A stretch of 64,000 bases of DNA from an uncultured Eubacteriales bacterium. Its GTDB lineage: Bacteria; Bacillota_I; Bacilli_A; RF39; UBA660. The notes beneath the pieces are model-generated. The model had not been told where the DNA came from and did no database searches. It saw nothing but the letters and a program-made list of their open reading frames with translations. Shown here one piece after another: positions 1-8,804 of this stretch; position 1 is the first letter of the stretch, and each line of letters starts with the position of its first letter. The position numbers and the translations under genes were made by a program. Where the stretch lies: the NCBI GenBank assembly GCA_900320735.1, contig ONTJ01000002.1:3259-67258 (forward strand), read 5' to 3'.

Positions 1-789
1 AAGTTTGTTTCCCATTTCTTCAGTTTCTTTTAAAAATATATATCTGCTTATTATTGATGAACATGCTACTGATAGACATTTATCTTCAGCTTTAGTTGTA
101 AATGTAATTTTTCTATATACATTATCTTCATTCTTTAAAAATCCAAAATAACTTCTTGGTGAAGTAAATTGATCGATTACAACCATATCAATTATATAAT
201 TATCTTTTTTCATAAGCGATAATAATACTTTATTGTGTAGGATAGCTTTTATTTTATTCATATTATATCCCTTATTTTGCATCATGTTGTATTCTTTGTT
301 TTTTAATATATAAGCACTATATGGTATTTTATTCATGATAGATGGTGCTATTTTTAAAATTTTTTCATCAGTTAATTTTTTTGAATCTCTGACACCTAAT
401 TCTTCTAGAAATGTTATATCCTTTTTGTTTACATATGATGCACATACAATAACTGGTCCAAAATAATCTCCTGTACCAACTTCATCAGATCCAATTGAAT
501 TTACAAAATAATAATCATTTTTATCATTATCATCTTTTTTCTCTTTTTTTTCTTTTTCTTCTGGAGCTTTTCCGTTAAGCATTATTTCTGTTTCTTTCCA
601 TATATTTGCATCTATATCTGCACTTATACCTTGAAATACTACTTTTCCAGATTCATATAATGTAATAACAGTATCCGCATCGTCTGCTTGAAATATAGCA
701 TATGCAGGAGTTTTATCTCGTTTCATATATTTATAATGTTCAATCATTTTTTCTTTAGTGTTGTCAGATACTTTAAATGATATTGTCAT
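1..789 (-). CDS. rnhC: Ribonuclease HIII, partial: the 3' end lies beyond the window start. The N-terminal TBP-like domain (AIFQADDADTVITLYESGKVVFQG) and the catalytic GSDEVGTGDYFGP motif are both visible.
   Basis: I translated the minus strand by hand; the ATG sits at 789-787 with a GGTGAAAA-type RBS. Synteny with a divergent cvpA-like gene matches the B. subtilis rnhC/yshB arrangement. Confidence 0.75.
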   Translation of the reverse strand, partial: MTISFKVSDNTKEKMIEHYKYMKRDKTPAYAIFQADDADTVITLYESGKVVFQGISADIDANIWKETEIMLNGKAPEEKEKKEKKDDNDKNDYYFVNSIGSDEVGTGDYFGPVIVCASYVNKKDITFLEELGVRDSKKLTDEKILKIAPSIMNKIPYSAYILKNKEYNMMQNKGYNMNKIKAILHNKVLLSLMKKDNYIIDMVVIDQFTSPRSYFGFLKNEDNVYRKITFTTKAEDKCLSVACSSIISRYIFLKETEEMGNKL

Positions 790-877
790 AAGTTTTCACC
801 TCTTGTATATTATTTTATCATATTTCTTTATTTTTTTGGTAAAATATAATATAATTAATTTGTAAAGTAGGTGAAGT

Positions 878-1564
878 ATGTTAGATTTAATTATAATTAT
901 ATTTATATTGTTTGGTGGACTAATTGGATTTAAAAGAGGAATAATAAAACAAAGTGTTGTGACTATAGGAATGGTTTTAGTCTTAGTTTTATCATTTATA
1001 CTTAAAAATCCAGTATCAGCATTCATGTATAAAAATTTTCCGTTTTTTTCATTTAATGGGTTATATAAAAACATTAGTGTCATAAATATACTAGTGTATG
1101 AATTGATTGCATTTTTTGTTGTATTTTCGCTTTTAAGCATTATATTAATAATACTTACTAAGATTAGTTCAGTTATGGAAAAATTGCTTAGAGTAACCAT
1201 TATTCTTGCAATTCCATCTAAAATATTGGGATTGATTTTAGGATTTGTAGAATATTATATAGTAGCGTTTGTAGTATTATTTGCACTTGCACAACCAATT
1301 TTTAATTTAAATAATAGAAATTGGTTTAAGGAATCCCAAATGAAAGATATTATGTTTGAAAAGACCCCTATAATATCTAAATATGTTTCAAAGACAACAG
1401 ATAGTTTCTATGAAGTATCAGCGTTAATGAAAAATAAAAAGAATTATTCAGATAAAAAAATGAATTGTGAAATAACAAAAATGATGTTAAAAAACAAGAT
1501 AATTAAAAAAGACTCACTTGATTATTTATATTCAAGTGGTAAAATAAAATATAAATGTAATTAG
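878..1564 (+). CDS. CvpA-family (colicin V production) membrane protein
   Basis: Hydrophobic N-terminus MLDLIIIIFILFGGLIGFKRG typical of CvpA/YshB; RBS AGGTGAAG upstream. Confidence 0.55.
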   Translation: MLDLIIIIFILFGGLIGFKRGIIKQSVVTIGMVLVLVLSFILKNPVSAFMYKNFPFFSFNGLYKNISVINILVYELIAFFVVFSLLSIILIILTKISSVMEKLLRVTIILAIPSKILGLILGFVEYYIVAFVVLFALAQPIFNLNNRNWFKESQMKDIMFEKTPIISKYVSKTTDSFYEVSALMKNKKNYSDKKMNCEITKMMLKNKIIKKDSLDYLYSSGKIKYKCN

Positions 1565-1574
1565 GAGGATAATT

Positions 1575-1883
1575 ATGGTTAAAATGGTTAATTCAGATGA
1601 ATTTAAAGAAGAAATAAAAGATGGAATAGTTTTTGTAGATTTTTTTGCTAATTGGTGTGGACCATGTAAAATGATTTCACCAATAGTAGAGGAAATCTCA
1701 AATGAAATAAGTGATGTAAAATTTTTAAAAGTAGATGTTGATTCTTCTAGTGAAGTAGCATCAACATATTCTATTATGAGTATCCCAACACTTATGATAT
1801 TTAAAGATGGACAAATAAAATCAAAAACAGTAGGTTTTATAAATAAAGAGGGTTTAATTAATTTTATAAATGAAAATAAATAG
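1575..1883 (+). CDS. trxA: Thioredoxin
   Basis: WCGPCK active site, 102 aa, GGAGG RBS. Confidence 0.9.
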   Translation: MVKMVNSDEFKEEIKDGIVFVDFFANWCGPCKMISPIVEEISNEISDVKFLKVDVDSSSEVASTYSIMSIPTLMIFKDGQIKSKTVGFINKEGLINFINENK

Positions 1884-1948
1884 TAGAAATACTATTTTTT
1901 TTGACAATTTTTTTAAACAATATAATTTATATTATTAATGGTGATGAT

Positions 1949-2374
1949 ATGCGAACATTTTATATTTTTAAAATAAATAATATGTTTCAAACTTTTTATA
2001 ATGATAAATCAAATATATTATTTAAGATGCTTTGCGAAATATACAATTCTGATAGCGATGATTTTATAAATAATTTTAGATTATTTGAACAAATAACATT
2101 GCCATTCAATAAAAAAATATTTAATAATTATATATTGCTAAAACATGGCAGTGATTTTTATTATAGTAGAAAAGATAATATTCATATAATTGATAGTGCT
2201 TATGAGGTGTCTAGGTTGACTGTCAATACTACTCATTTAAAAATTAAGACTAATACAAACATTAATTCTTTTATTAGAGATATAATTGATACTAAAGAAA
2301 GTGTTTTTGTAGTTGATTTTGATAATAAAGATTATTTTTGGATTGATGAAATAAACTCATTAACTCTTGCATGA
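1949..2374 (+). CDS. Hypothetical protein; the start is reassigned to the internal ATG that has a GGTGAT RBS.
   Basis: ORF with no motifs I recognise. Confidence 0.35.
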   Translation: MRTFYIFKINNMFQTFYNDKSNILFKMLCEIYNSDSDDFINNFRLFEQITLPFNKKIFNNYILLKHGSDFYYSRKDNIHIIDSAYEVSRLTVNTTHLKIKTNTNINSFIRDIIDTKESVFVVDFDNKDYFWIDEINSLTLA

Positions 2375-2416
2375 TATTAATAAATTTATTATAATATTAT
2401 TTAGGAGGAATAAATT

Positions 2417-2626
2417 ATGTTACAAGATATAATATTAGTAGTAATTGGACTTATAATAGGTGCAGTAATAGGATTTTTAGTAGCTAAAAAAGTTATGGAA
2501 AAATACTTAAAGAAAAACCCACCTATTAATGAGCAAATGATAAAAATAATGATGAGTCAAATGGGTAGGACACCAACTCAAAAACAAATTAATCAAATGA
2601 TGAAAGCAATGAATAATGCAAAATAA
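2417..2626 (+). CDS. UPF0154/YneF-family small membrane protein
   Basis: Single N-terminal TM segment followed by the conserved NPPINEQM...QKQINQMM C-terminal part. Confidence 0.7.
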   Translation: MLQDIILVVIGLIIGAVIGFLVAKKVMEKYLKKNPPINEQMIKIMMSQMGRTPTQKQINQMMKAMNNAK

Positions 2627-2684
2627 TTCATTGCTTTTTTAATATATTTATTTTATAATAAAAGTAGTTATAGGAGGAATATGT

Positions 2685-3989
2685 ATGAGCGTAGTTAGTG
2701 TTTTACCGGCAGATACTTATATAGTTGTTAATAAAACTATTCTTCAAGAAAATGATAGTAGAATTCTTTCTATGCTTTATCAGCCAATTATAGGTACTAT
2801 TCCTGTAAACTTATATCTTACTTTGTGTAATGATTTGGATAAAAATGAATTTATGAGTGATGAGTGTTCCCATCATCATTTAATGACTAATTTAAGAATT
2901 AAATTAGATGATATCATTGTTGCCAGGGAAAAATTAGAAGCGGTAGGTCTTTTAAAAACATATTATAAAAAAGGCGATGGAGTTAATAATTATATATATG
3001 AAATATTTTCACCTCTTTCAGTTAGTGAAATATTTTCTCATCCTATACTTAATATAGTGCTATATAATAATGTAGGGAAAAAGGAATATGAAAAATTAAT
3101 TAATAAATTTAAAGTTCCTAATATTAGTTATTCTAATTATTTGGATGTTACGAAAAATTTTGATGATGTATTTGATAGTGTTTCTGGTACTATGTTTGAA
3201 AATGCACTTAAAGACATTAAATCAACTCATAGATTGGATATAAATATTGATAAAACATTTGATTTTGAACTTCTTGAATCTGTATTACCAAGAGGTTTAT
3301 TAAACACTAAATCTCTAAATAAAGAAATAAAAAAATTAATTCAAAACTTATCGTTCATATATAATTTACAAGTAGATGAAATGAAAAATTTAATAATTAA
3401 TTCTATAGATGAAAAGCATAATATTAATAAGGAATTATTAAGAAAAAATGCAAGAAAATATTATCAATTTGAAAATGGTGGCAAACTTCCATCGTTAATT
3501 TATAAAAAACAACCTGAATATTTGAAGAGTATGGATATTAATGATTCAAAAAAAGCAAAAATGATTTATATATTTGAAAGTGTTGATCCATATCATTTTT
3601 TAAAAAGCAAATATAATGGAGCAAATCCAACTTCTAGAGATCTAAATTTAATCGAGAGTTTAATGAATGATTTAAAATTAGAACCAGCAGTTGTAAATGT
3701 TTTAATAGATTATGTTCTTAGAGTTAATGACAAAAAATTATCAAAAAATTTTGTTGAGACTATTGCGGGGCAATGGAAGAGACTTGGAATACAAACGGCA
3801 AGCGATGCAATGAGTCAAGCCTATAAAGAATCTAAAAAGGGTAAAGAAAAAAATGTTAATAAAACTAAAACTAAAAAAGAAGAGATAATTTTACCTAATT
3901 GGTTTGACAAGGATATACAAAAAGAAGAAATATCCAAAGAAGAAGAGGATGAGGTAAAAGATTTATTGAACGAGGTAGTATATGATTAA
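2685..3989 (+). CDS. dnaB: Replication initiation and membrane attachment protein (DnaB/DnaD-domain, DDBH2 motif FVETIAGQWKRLGI)
   Basis: DnaD-like C-terminal domain; it lies immediately upstream of dnaI, as in B. subtilis. Confidence 0.7.
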   Translation: MSVVSVLPADTYIVVNKTILQENDSRILSMLYQPIIGTIPVNLYLTLCNDLDKNEFMSDECSHHHLMTNLRIKLDDIIVAREKLEAVGLLKTYYKKGDGVNNYIYEIFSPLSVSEIFSHPILNIVLYNNVGKKEYEKLINKFKVPNISYSNYLDVTKNFDDVFDSVSGTMFENALKDIKSTHRLDINIDKTFDFELLESVLPRGLLNTKSLNKEIKKLIQNLSFIYNLQVDEMKNLIINSIDEKHNINKELLRKNARKYYQFENGGKLPSLIYKKQPEYLKSMDINDSKKAKMIYIFESVDPYHFLKSKYNGANPTSRDLNLIESLMNDLKLEPAVVNVLIDYVLRVNDKKLSKNFVETIAGQWKRLGIQTASDAMSQAYKESKKGKEKNVNKTKTKKEEIILPNWFDKDIQKEEISKEEEDEVKDLLNEVVYD

Positions 3990-4899
3990 TGCAAAAGATA
4001 AGATATATGAAAATGTAAAAAAAAATAAATTAAATGATTTAAGAGTAGAATTATTTAAAGAAAAAAAAGATGATGACTTTAAACTGTTTGTTGAAGAAAT
4101 AGGTTTAAAAGATGATTACCTAATGAAATATACCTCACTTTTAAAGCAATGTTATTTAGAAAAAGAAAATTGTAATAATTGTAAAGGACTAAGTTTATGT
4201 AAAAATGAAGTTCAAGGATGTCAATTAACTAATATTATTGTAGACAATGAGATAAATTTTGAATATAAGACATGTAAGTATAAAAACAAATTATTAAAAG
4301 ATATAAATTATATGAAAGATAACTATTTATTCTCAGTAGCAAGAGAGATACGAAATGCTAAAATGAAAGATATCTATACTGATGATAAGAATAGAGTAGA
4401 AGTAATAAAATGGATGACTAATTTTATTAAATGCTATAGGTCAAATAAAGAAGTTAAAGGTTTATACTTTAATGGCAATTTTGGATCTGGTAAATCTTAT
4501 TTGATTTCGGCAATGATTAATGAATTAGTAAAAGATGGTAAAAAGGGTGCACTCGTATATTATCCTGAATTTTTACGAAGTTTAAAAGCTTCATTTGGTA
4601 AAGATTTTGATGAACAATTTGAATATGCAAAAAAGGCAGATTTATTATTACTTGATGACATAGGTGCTGAAAATGTTACACCTTGGTCTAGAGATGAAAT
4701 TTTAGGACCAATTTTACAATATAGAATGGATGAAAAATTACCAACATTTTTCACATCTAACTTGACTTTAAATGAACTTGAATTACATCTAAGTATTCAA
4801 GGGTCAAATGTTGACAAATTGAAATCAAAGCGTATAATAGAGCGTATCAAATATACGTGTGATGAAATTAAATTAATAAGCAAAAACCAAAGAAGATAG
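3982..4899 (+). CDS. dnaI: Primosomal helicase loader DnaI
   Basis: N-terminal Cys-rich Zn module (CNNCKGLSLCKN...C) and an AAA+ Walker A motif GNFGSGKSYL; 4-nt overlap with dnaB. Confidence 0.8.
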   Translation: MINAKDKIYENVKKNKLNDLRVELFKEKKDDDFKLFVEEIGLKDDYLMKYTSLLKQCYLEKENCNNCKGLSLCKNEVQGCQLTNIIVDNEINFEYKTCKYKNKLLKDINYMKDNYLFSVAREIRNAKMKDIYTDDKNRVEVIKWMTNFIKCYRSNKEVKGLYFNGNFGSGKSYLISAMINELVKDGKKGALVYYPEFLRSLKASFGKDFDEQFEYAKKADLLLLDDIGAENVTPWSRDEILGPILQYRMDEKLPTFFTSNLTLNELELHLSIQGSNVDKLKSKRIIERIKYTCDEIKLISKNQRR

Positions 4900-4917
4900 A
4901 AATATAAGGAGTTTTAT

Positions 4918-6477
4918 ATGTCTAATGTAATTAAATTATTTAAAAATGGAGTTCCATCGCAAAGAAAATTTTATTCTAGGATAACTGAAAATAGACCGGA
5001 TCTACAAGAATTTACATATAAACAGCTAAAAAGACAAAATTATGAATTGATGGAAGTATCAAATTATTTAAAGGGAATTGATATTTATAATAAACCAACA
5101 AATGCTGAAATAGAAAATATTTTTAAGTATTTGTTATCAAATATGAAATATGAAAAATATTCTAGTTTGAAAAAAGTAATTAATACTTTAAATGAACTTA
5201 ATAATGCACTTGTAGAGAAAAGAAATAAAACAACTGATATATCACATAGTGACCTTAGCTTAGTTCTAGATAATATTGTGTCGCATATATGCACATTAAA
5301 AAAAGAAATATCAAAAAAATTTAATTACAATATGATTGAGCTTGAAAATGTTATAAAATTTGAAAAGGTATCAAAGGAAATTTTAAATCCAGAAAATTAT
5401 AATGAATATAATGTTATAGGAAATATATTAGACAATTTAGAAATACTTAGTTTTCATGATATAAAACAAAGAAATTTTGGTATGCTACTTTATAGTAATG
5501 TGTTGCATGCAAAAATGACTGGAAATGTTGAAAAAATAGAATACTATCGAAAATTAATAACATATGCTTCTAATATAAAGACACTTAATATAAGTAATGA
5601 TGTGTATGAATTATTGGATATAAGTTTTGATGTATCTGATAATAAGATATCTGCACTTGATGAGAAAATAATTAGTTTGGATGTAGATCCAAGAACAGGC
5701 AGATATATTATAAAAGATTTTATTGTATCTATTGATAATGATGATACTGTAAAAATAGATGATGCTTTGTCTATAGAAGTAACACCAAATAATACATATT
5801 TAGTTGGGATACATATAACGGATGTTTATTCTCTTGGAATATATGCAAATGAATTGTTAAATTGTAAGAGAACTAGTGAACATGTATGCAAAATTAAAGC
5901 TTCATTAAAAGAATTTCAAAAGAAAAATTGTATATCACTATTTTTAGAAATGAACAATAAAGGATTTGTTTTAAATCATAAAGTGTTACTTACTAGAATC
6001 GAGGTAGATAGAAATTTATTATATGATGAAGTTTCTAGAATACTTGAACAAGCCCCAGACAGTGAGTATACAAAGACTATATTAAATTTAACTAATTTAT
6101 ATAATATAATTGAAAATAAAAAGTTTCCATTATTTCCTTCTAAAGAAAATTTACCACATTTAATTGTACAAAAACTTATGATGCTTTATGGGTGTATAAT
6201 TAGTGATGAATTTTATAGAAGAGATATACCTGGTTTACATTTGACTGGTAGTGATAGTTATAATTTTTATACGATAAATCATGGTAATTACGATACTGGC
6301 TTTAATCAATATAATACATATTCCAAGTCTACAAAACCTTTATATGATCAATCATCTATTTTATGTCAGTATATTATGCATCAATGTATGTTTAGTAGAA
6401 TTTCAGATGAGGATAAATTAATATTAACCAGAAATATGCAAAAGGTAGCTGAAAAATTAAATAAAAAAACTAGATAA
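4918..6477 (+). CDS. RNB (RNase II/R catalytic)-like domain protein that lacks cold-shock and S1 domains
   Basis: The motif ...SIDNDDTVKIDDALSIE...YLVGIHITDV... resembles RNB motif I (TIDxxxxxDxDDAxS ... VHIADV). The N-terminal 240 aa resemble nothing I recognise. Confidence 0.45.
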   Translation: MSNVIKLFKNGVPSQRKFYSRITENRPDLQEFTYKQLKRQNYELMEVSNYLKGIDIYNKPTNAEIENIFKYLLSNMKYEKYSSLKKVINTLNELNNALVEKRNKTTDISHSDLSLVLDNIVSHICTLKKEISKKFNYNMIELENVIKFEKVSKEILNPENYNEYNVIGNILDNLEILSFHDIKQRNFGMLLYSNVLHAKMTGNVEKIEYYRKLITYASNIKTLNISNDVYELLDISFDVSDNKISALDEKIISLDVDPRTGRYIIKDFIVSIDNDDTVKIDDALSIEVTPNNTYLVGIHITDVYSLGIYANELLNCKRTSEHVCKIKASLKEFQKKNCISLFLEMNNKGFVLNHKVLLTRIEVDRNLLYDEVSRILEQAPDSEYTKTILNLTNLYNIIENKKFPLFPSKENLPHLIVQKLMMLYGCIISDEFYRRDIPGLHLTGSDSYNFYTINHGNYDTGFNQYNTYSKSTKPLYDQSSILCQYIMHQCMFSRISDEDKLILTRNMQKVAEKLNKKTR

Positions 6478-6529
6478 ATATTTACATATAATAATATTTG
6501 TGTTAATATTTATTTGTAAATCGAATAAA

Positions 6530-6712
6530 AGACATGATTATTTAATTAATATTTCAAAGAGAACTAGTGATGGTGGAATACTAGTAAATATATTAAGTAA
6601 TTACTACTTTTAAGAGGAGTTAATAGCTCACGGGTGACACCGTTATCAAATTAAGTTAAATAAAGGATGGTACCGCCTAATATGGCTCCTTAAGATACCA
6701 TCTTTTTTTATT
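6530..6712 (+). promoter_or_regulatory. T-box riboswitch leader of thrS. It has an AGAGA stem-I element, the T-box sequence AAAGGATGGTACCGCC at 6662-6677, and a terminator (GGATGGTA...TACCATC + T7) ending at 6709.
   Basis: The canonical T-box/antiterminator sequence overlaps an intrinsic terminator; the aminoacyl-tRNA synthetase gene follows directly. Confidence 0.75.
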
Positions 6713-6729
6713 TTGAAAGGAAGGATATT

Positions 6730-8484
6730 ATGATTAATATATTAGAAAATGAAAGATTAAGTCATTTAAATCATAGCTGTGCTCATTTACTTGCACAAGC
6801 TATTACACATTTATATCCAAATGCAAAATTTTGGGTTGGACCTGCAATTAAAGAAGGGTTTTATTATGATATTGATTTAGGTGAAAACGTAATAACAGAA
6901 GAAGATTTACCGAAAATTGAACGAGAAATGAAAAAATGTAGTAAATCTGCTAAAAATATAATAAGAAGAGAATTAAGTAAAGAAGAAGCACTAGAAATGT
7001 TTAAAGATGATCCTTATAAATTAGATTTATTATCTAGAATGGATGAGAAAGAAGAAGTTATTAGTGTTTATACTCAAGGTGATTTTACTGATTTATGTAG
7101 AGGTGGTCACGTAAATAATACTAAGGAAATTAAATATTTCAAATTAACAAAGGTTTCAGGTGCATATTGGAAAGGTGATTCTAATAATAAAATGCTTCAA
7201 AGAGTATATGGTATTTGCTTCGAAACAGAAGAAGAATTAAACGAATATATAAATGAACTTGAAGAAGCAAAACTTAGAGATCACAGAAAATTAGGAAAAG
7301 ATCTTGGTATTTATATGATGAGTGATCTAGTTGGTAGAGGACTTCCAATGTATTTGCCTAATGGATTTATTTTATGGAATGAACTTGAAAATTATATACG
7401 AAATAAAGAATTAAAAAGAGGGTATAAACATGTCTTAACTCCACCACTTGGGAATGTTGAACTTTATAAAACTAGCGGACATTTAGAACATTATAAAGAT
7501 GCAATGTTTCCTATTATGCAAGTAGAGGATGAAGAATATGTGTTAAGACCAATGAATTGTCCTCATCATATGATGATATATGGTCATGAACTTCATTCTT
7601 ATAAAGATTTACCTCTTAGAATAGCAGAAATTGCAAGAGATTGTAGATATGAAACAAGTGGTTCACTAAAGGGAATTGAAAGAGTTAGAACATTTTGTCA
7701 AAATGATTCACATATATTTTGTACTCCAGAGCAAATAGAAAGTGAATTTAAAAATGTAGTAGATTTGATATTGGAATGCTACAAAGAACTTAATATAACT
7801 AATTATAAATTTGAACTTGCACTAAGAGATCCTGAAGACAAAGTTAAATATCATCAAGATGATGAAATGTGGAATACAGCAGAAACTGCACTTAGAAAAA
7901 TATTAAAAGATATTGGTATACCATTTGAAGAAAAAATAGGTGATGCTGCATTTTATGGTCCAAAATTAGATGTTCAAGTAAGACCAGCTGTTGGTAATGA
8001 ATTTACTTTATCTACATGTCAAATAGATTTCTGTTTACCAGCAAAATTTGGTTTATCTTATGTAGATAAAGATGGTTCTAAAAAAACACCGGTAGTTCTT
8101 CATAGAGCGGTATTTGGTTCATTAGATAGAACAATTGCATATTATTTAGAAGAAACTAAAGGTGTACTTCCAATATTCTTATCACCAGTTCAAGTAAATA
8201 TAATTCCTGTTAATATGGAATATCAAGGTCATTATGCTAAAGAAATATATGATTATTTAATCGATAATAATATAAGAGCAGAGTATGATGATAGGGATGA
8301 AAAAATGAATTATAAGATAAGAGAATCAGTAACAAGAAAAATACCTATTACAATTATTCTTGGTGATAAAGAAAAAGAAAATGGTAATATTTCGTATAGA
8401 AGATATGGTAAGGATGAAACAATTACAGTTTCTAAAGAAGATTTCATAACTTTAATAACTAATGAAATAAAAAATCATAAATAA
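6730..8484 (+). CDS. thrS: Threonyl-tRNA synthetase, a short form lacking the N-terminal TGS domain
   Basis: Starts in the N2/editing domain (HSCAHLLAQA); class II catalytic core and anticodon-binding domain follow; 584 aa. Confidence 0.9.
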   Translation: MINILENERLSHLNHSCAHLLAQAITHLYPNAKFWVGPAIKEGFYYDIDLGENVITEEDLPKIEREMKKCSKSAKNIIRRELSKEEALEMFKDDPYKLDLLSRMDEKEEVISVYTQGDFTDLCRGGHVNNTKEIKYFKLTKVSGAYWKGDSNNKMLQRVYGICFETEEELNEYINELEEAKLRDHRKLGKDLGIYMMSDLVGRGLPMYLPNGFILWNELENYIRNKELKRGYKHVLTPPLGNVELYKTSGHLEHYKDAMFPIMQVEDEEYVLRPMNCPHHMMIYGHELHSYKDLPLRIAEIARDCRYETSGSLKGIERVRTFCQNDSHIFCTPEQIESEFKNVVDLILECYKELNITNYKFELALRDPEDKVKYHQDDEMWNTAETALRKILKDIGIPFEEKIGDAAFYGPKLDVQVRPAVGNEFTLSTCQIDFCLPAKFGLSYVDKDGSKKTPVVLHRAVFGSLDRTIAYYLEETKGVLPIFLSPVQVNIIPVNMEYQGHYAKEIYDYLIDNNIRAEYDDRDEKMNYKIRESVTRKIPITIILGDKEKENGNISYRRYGKDETITVSKEDFITLITNEIKNHK

Positions 8485-8486
8485 AA

Positions 8487-8512
8487 AAAGTAACATTTTG
8501 TTACTTTTTTTA
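8487..8512. terminator. Bidirectional intrinsic terminator (GTAACATTTTGTTAC flanked by A/T runs) shared by thrS and rpmB
   Basis: Perfect inverted repeat with flanking A- and T-runs. Confidence 0.7.
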
Positions 8513-8683
8513 TTTGTTAGTTATTTTTCTTAATGTTCTAGCTTCTCTTGCTGTTGTTTTAAATTTAATTCCATTAATAGTTACATATTGAAAATTTAAA
8601 TTTTGTTTTTTATTTGTTTTATTATGAGCATGAGATACATTTTTAGCTGAATTAGGTCTTTTACTAGTTACTTTCTTTGACAT
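8510..8683 (-). CDS. rpmB: 50S ribosomal protein L28
   Basis: MSKKVTSKRPNSAKNVSHAHNKTNKK...TAREARTLRK matches the L28 pattern (NxSHAxNxTKR ... SARALK). The start is moved to the ATG that has an AGGAGG RBS. Confidence 0.7.
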   Translation of the reverse strand: MSKKVTSKRPNSAKNVSHAHNKTNKKQNLNFQYVTINGIKFKTTAREARTLRKITNK

Positions 8684-8804
8684 ATTATACCTCCTTAAAA
8701 TTTTTTCCTCGCTTAATAAGCTTAACATATTATTTGATTTAAGTCAATTATATTGTAATAATTTTATATTTTGTGTAAAATATTTATATAAGGAGGAATG
8801 AATT

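Noticed and set aside
796-1200. Minus-strand 134-aa ORF overlapping the cvpA-like gene, and similar antisense ORFs from the track (4560-4754, 5085-5294, 11679-11975, 12401-12613, 14358-14829, 15394-16173, 19022-19240, 20120-20383, 22109-22449, 23327-23551, 23913-24104, 27279-27677, 32331-32516, 35271-35465, 35724-36020, 36678-36869, 37463-37765, 42608-42880, 44358-44831, 47674-47907, 50581-50766, 52781-53026, 53450-53747, 54350-54773, 56631-56864, 58424-58744, 59107-59397, 60312-60536)
   Set aside because: They lie antisense to, or out of frame within, well-supported genes. They have low-complexity AT-codon composition (F/L/I/K/N-rich), no RBS, and are typical spurious ORFs of AT-rich DNA.
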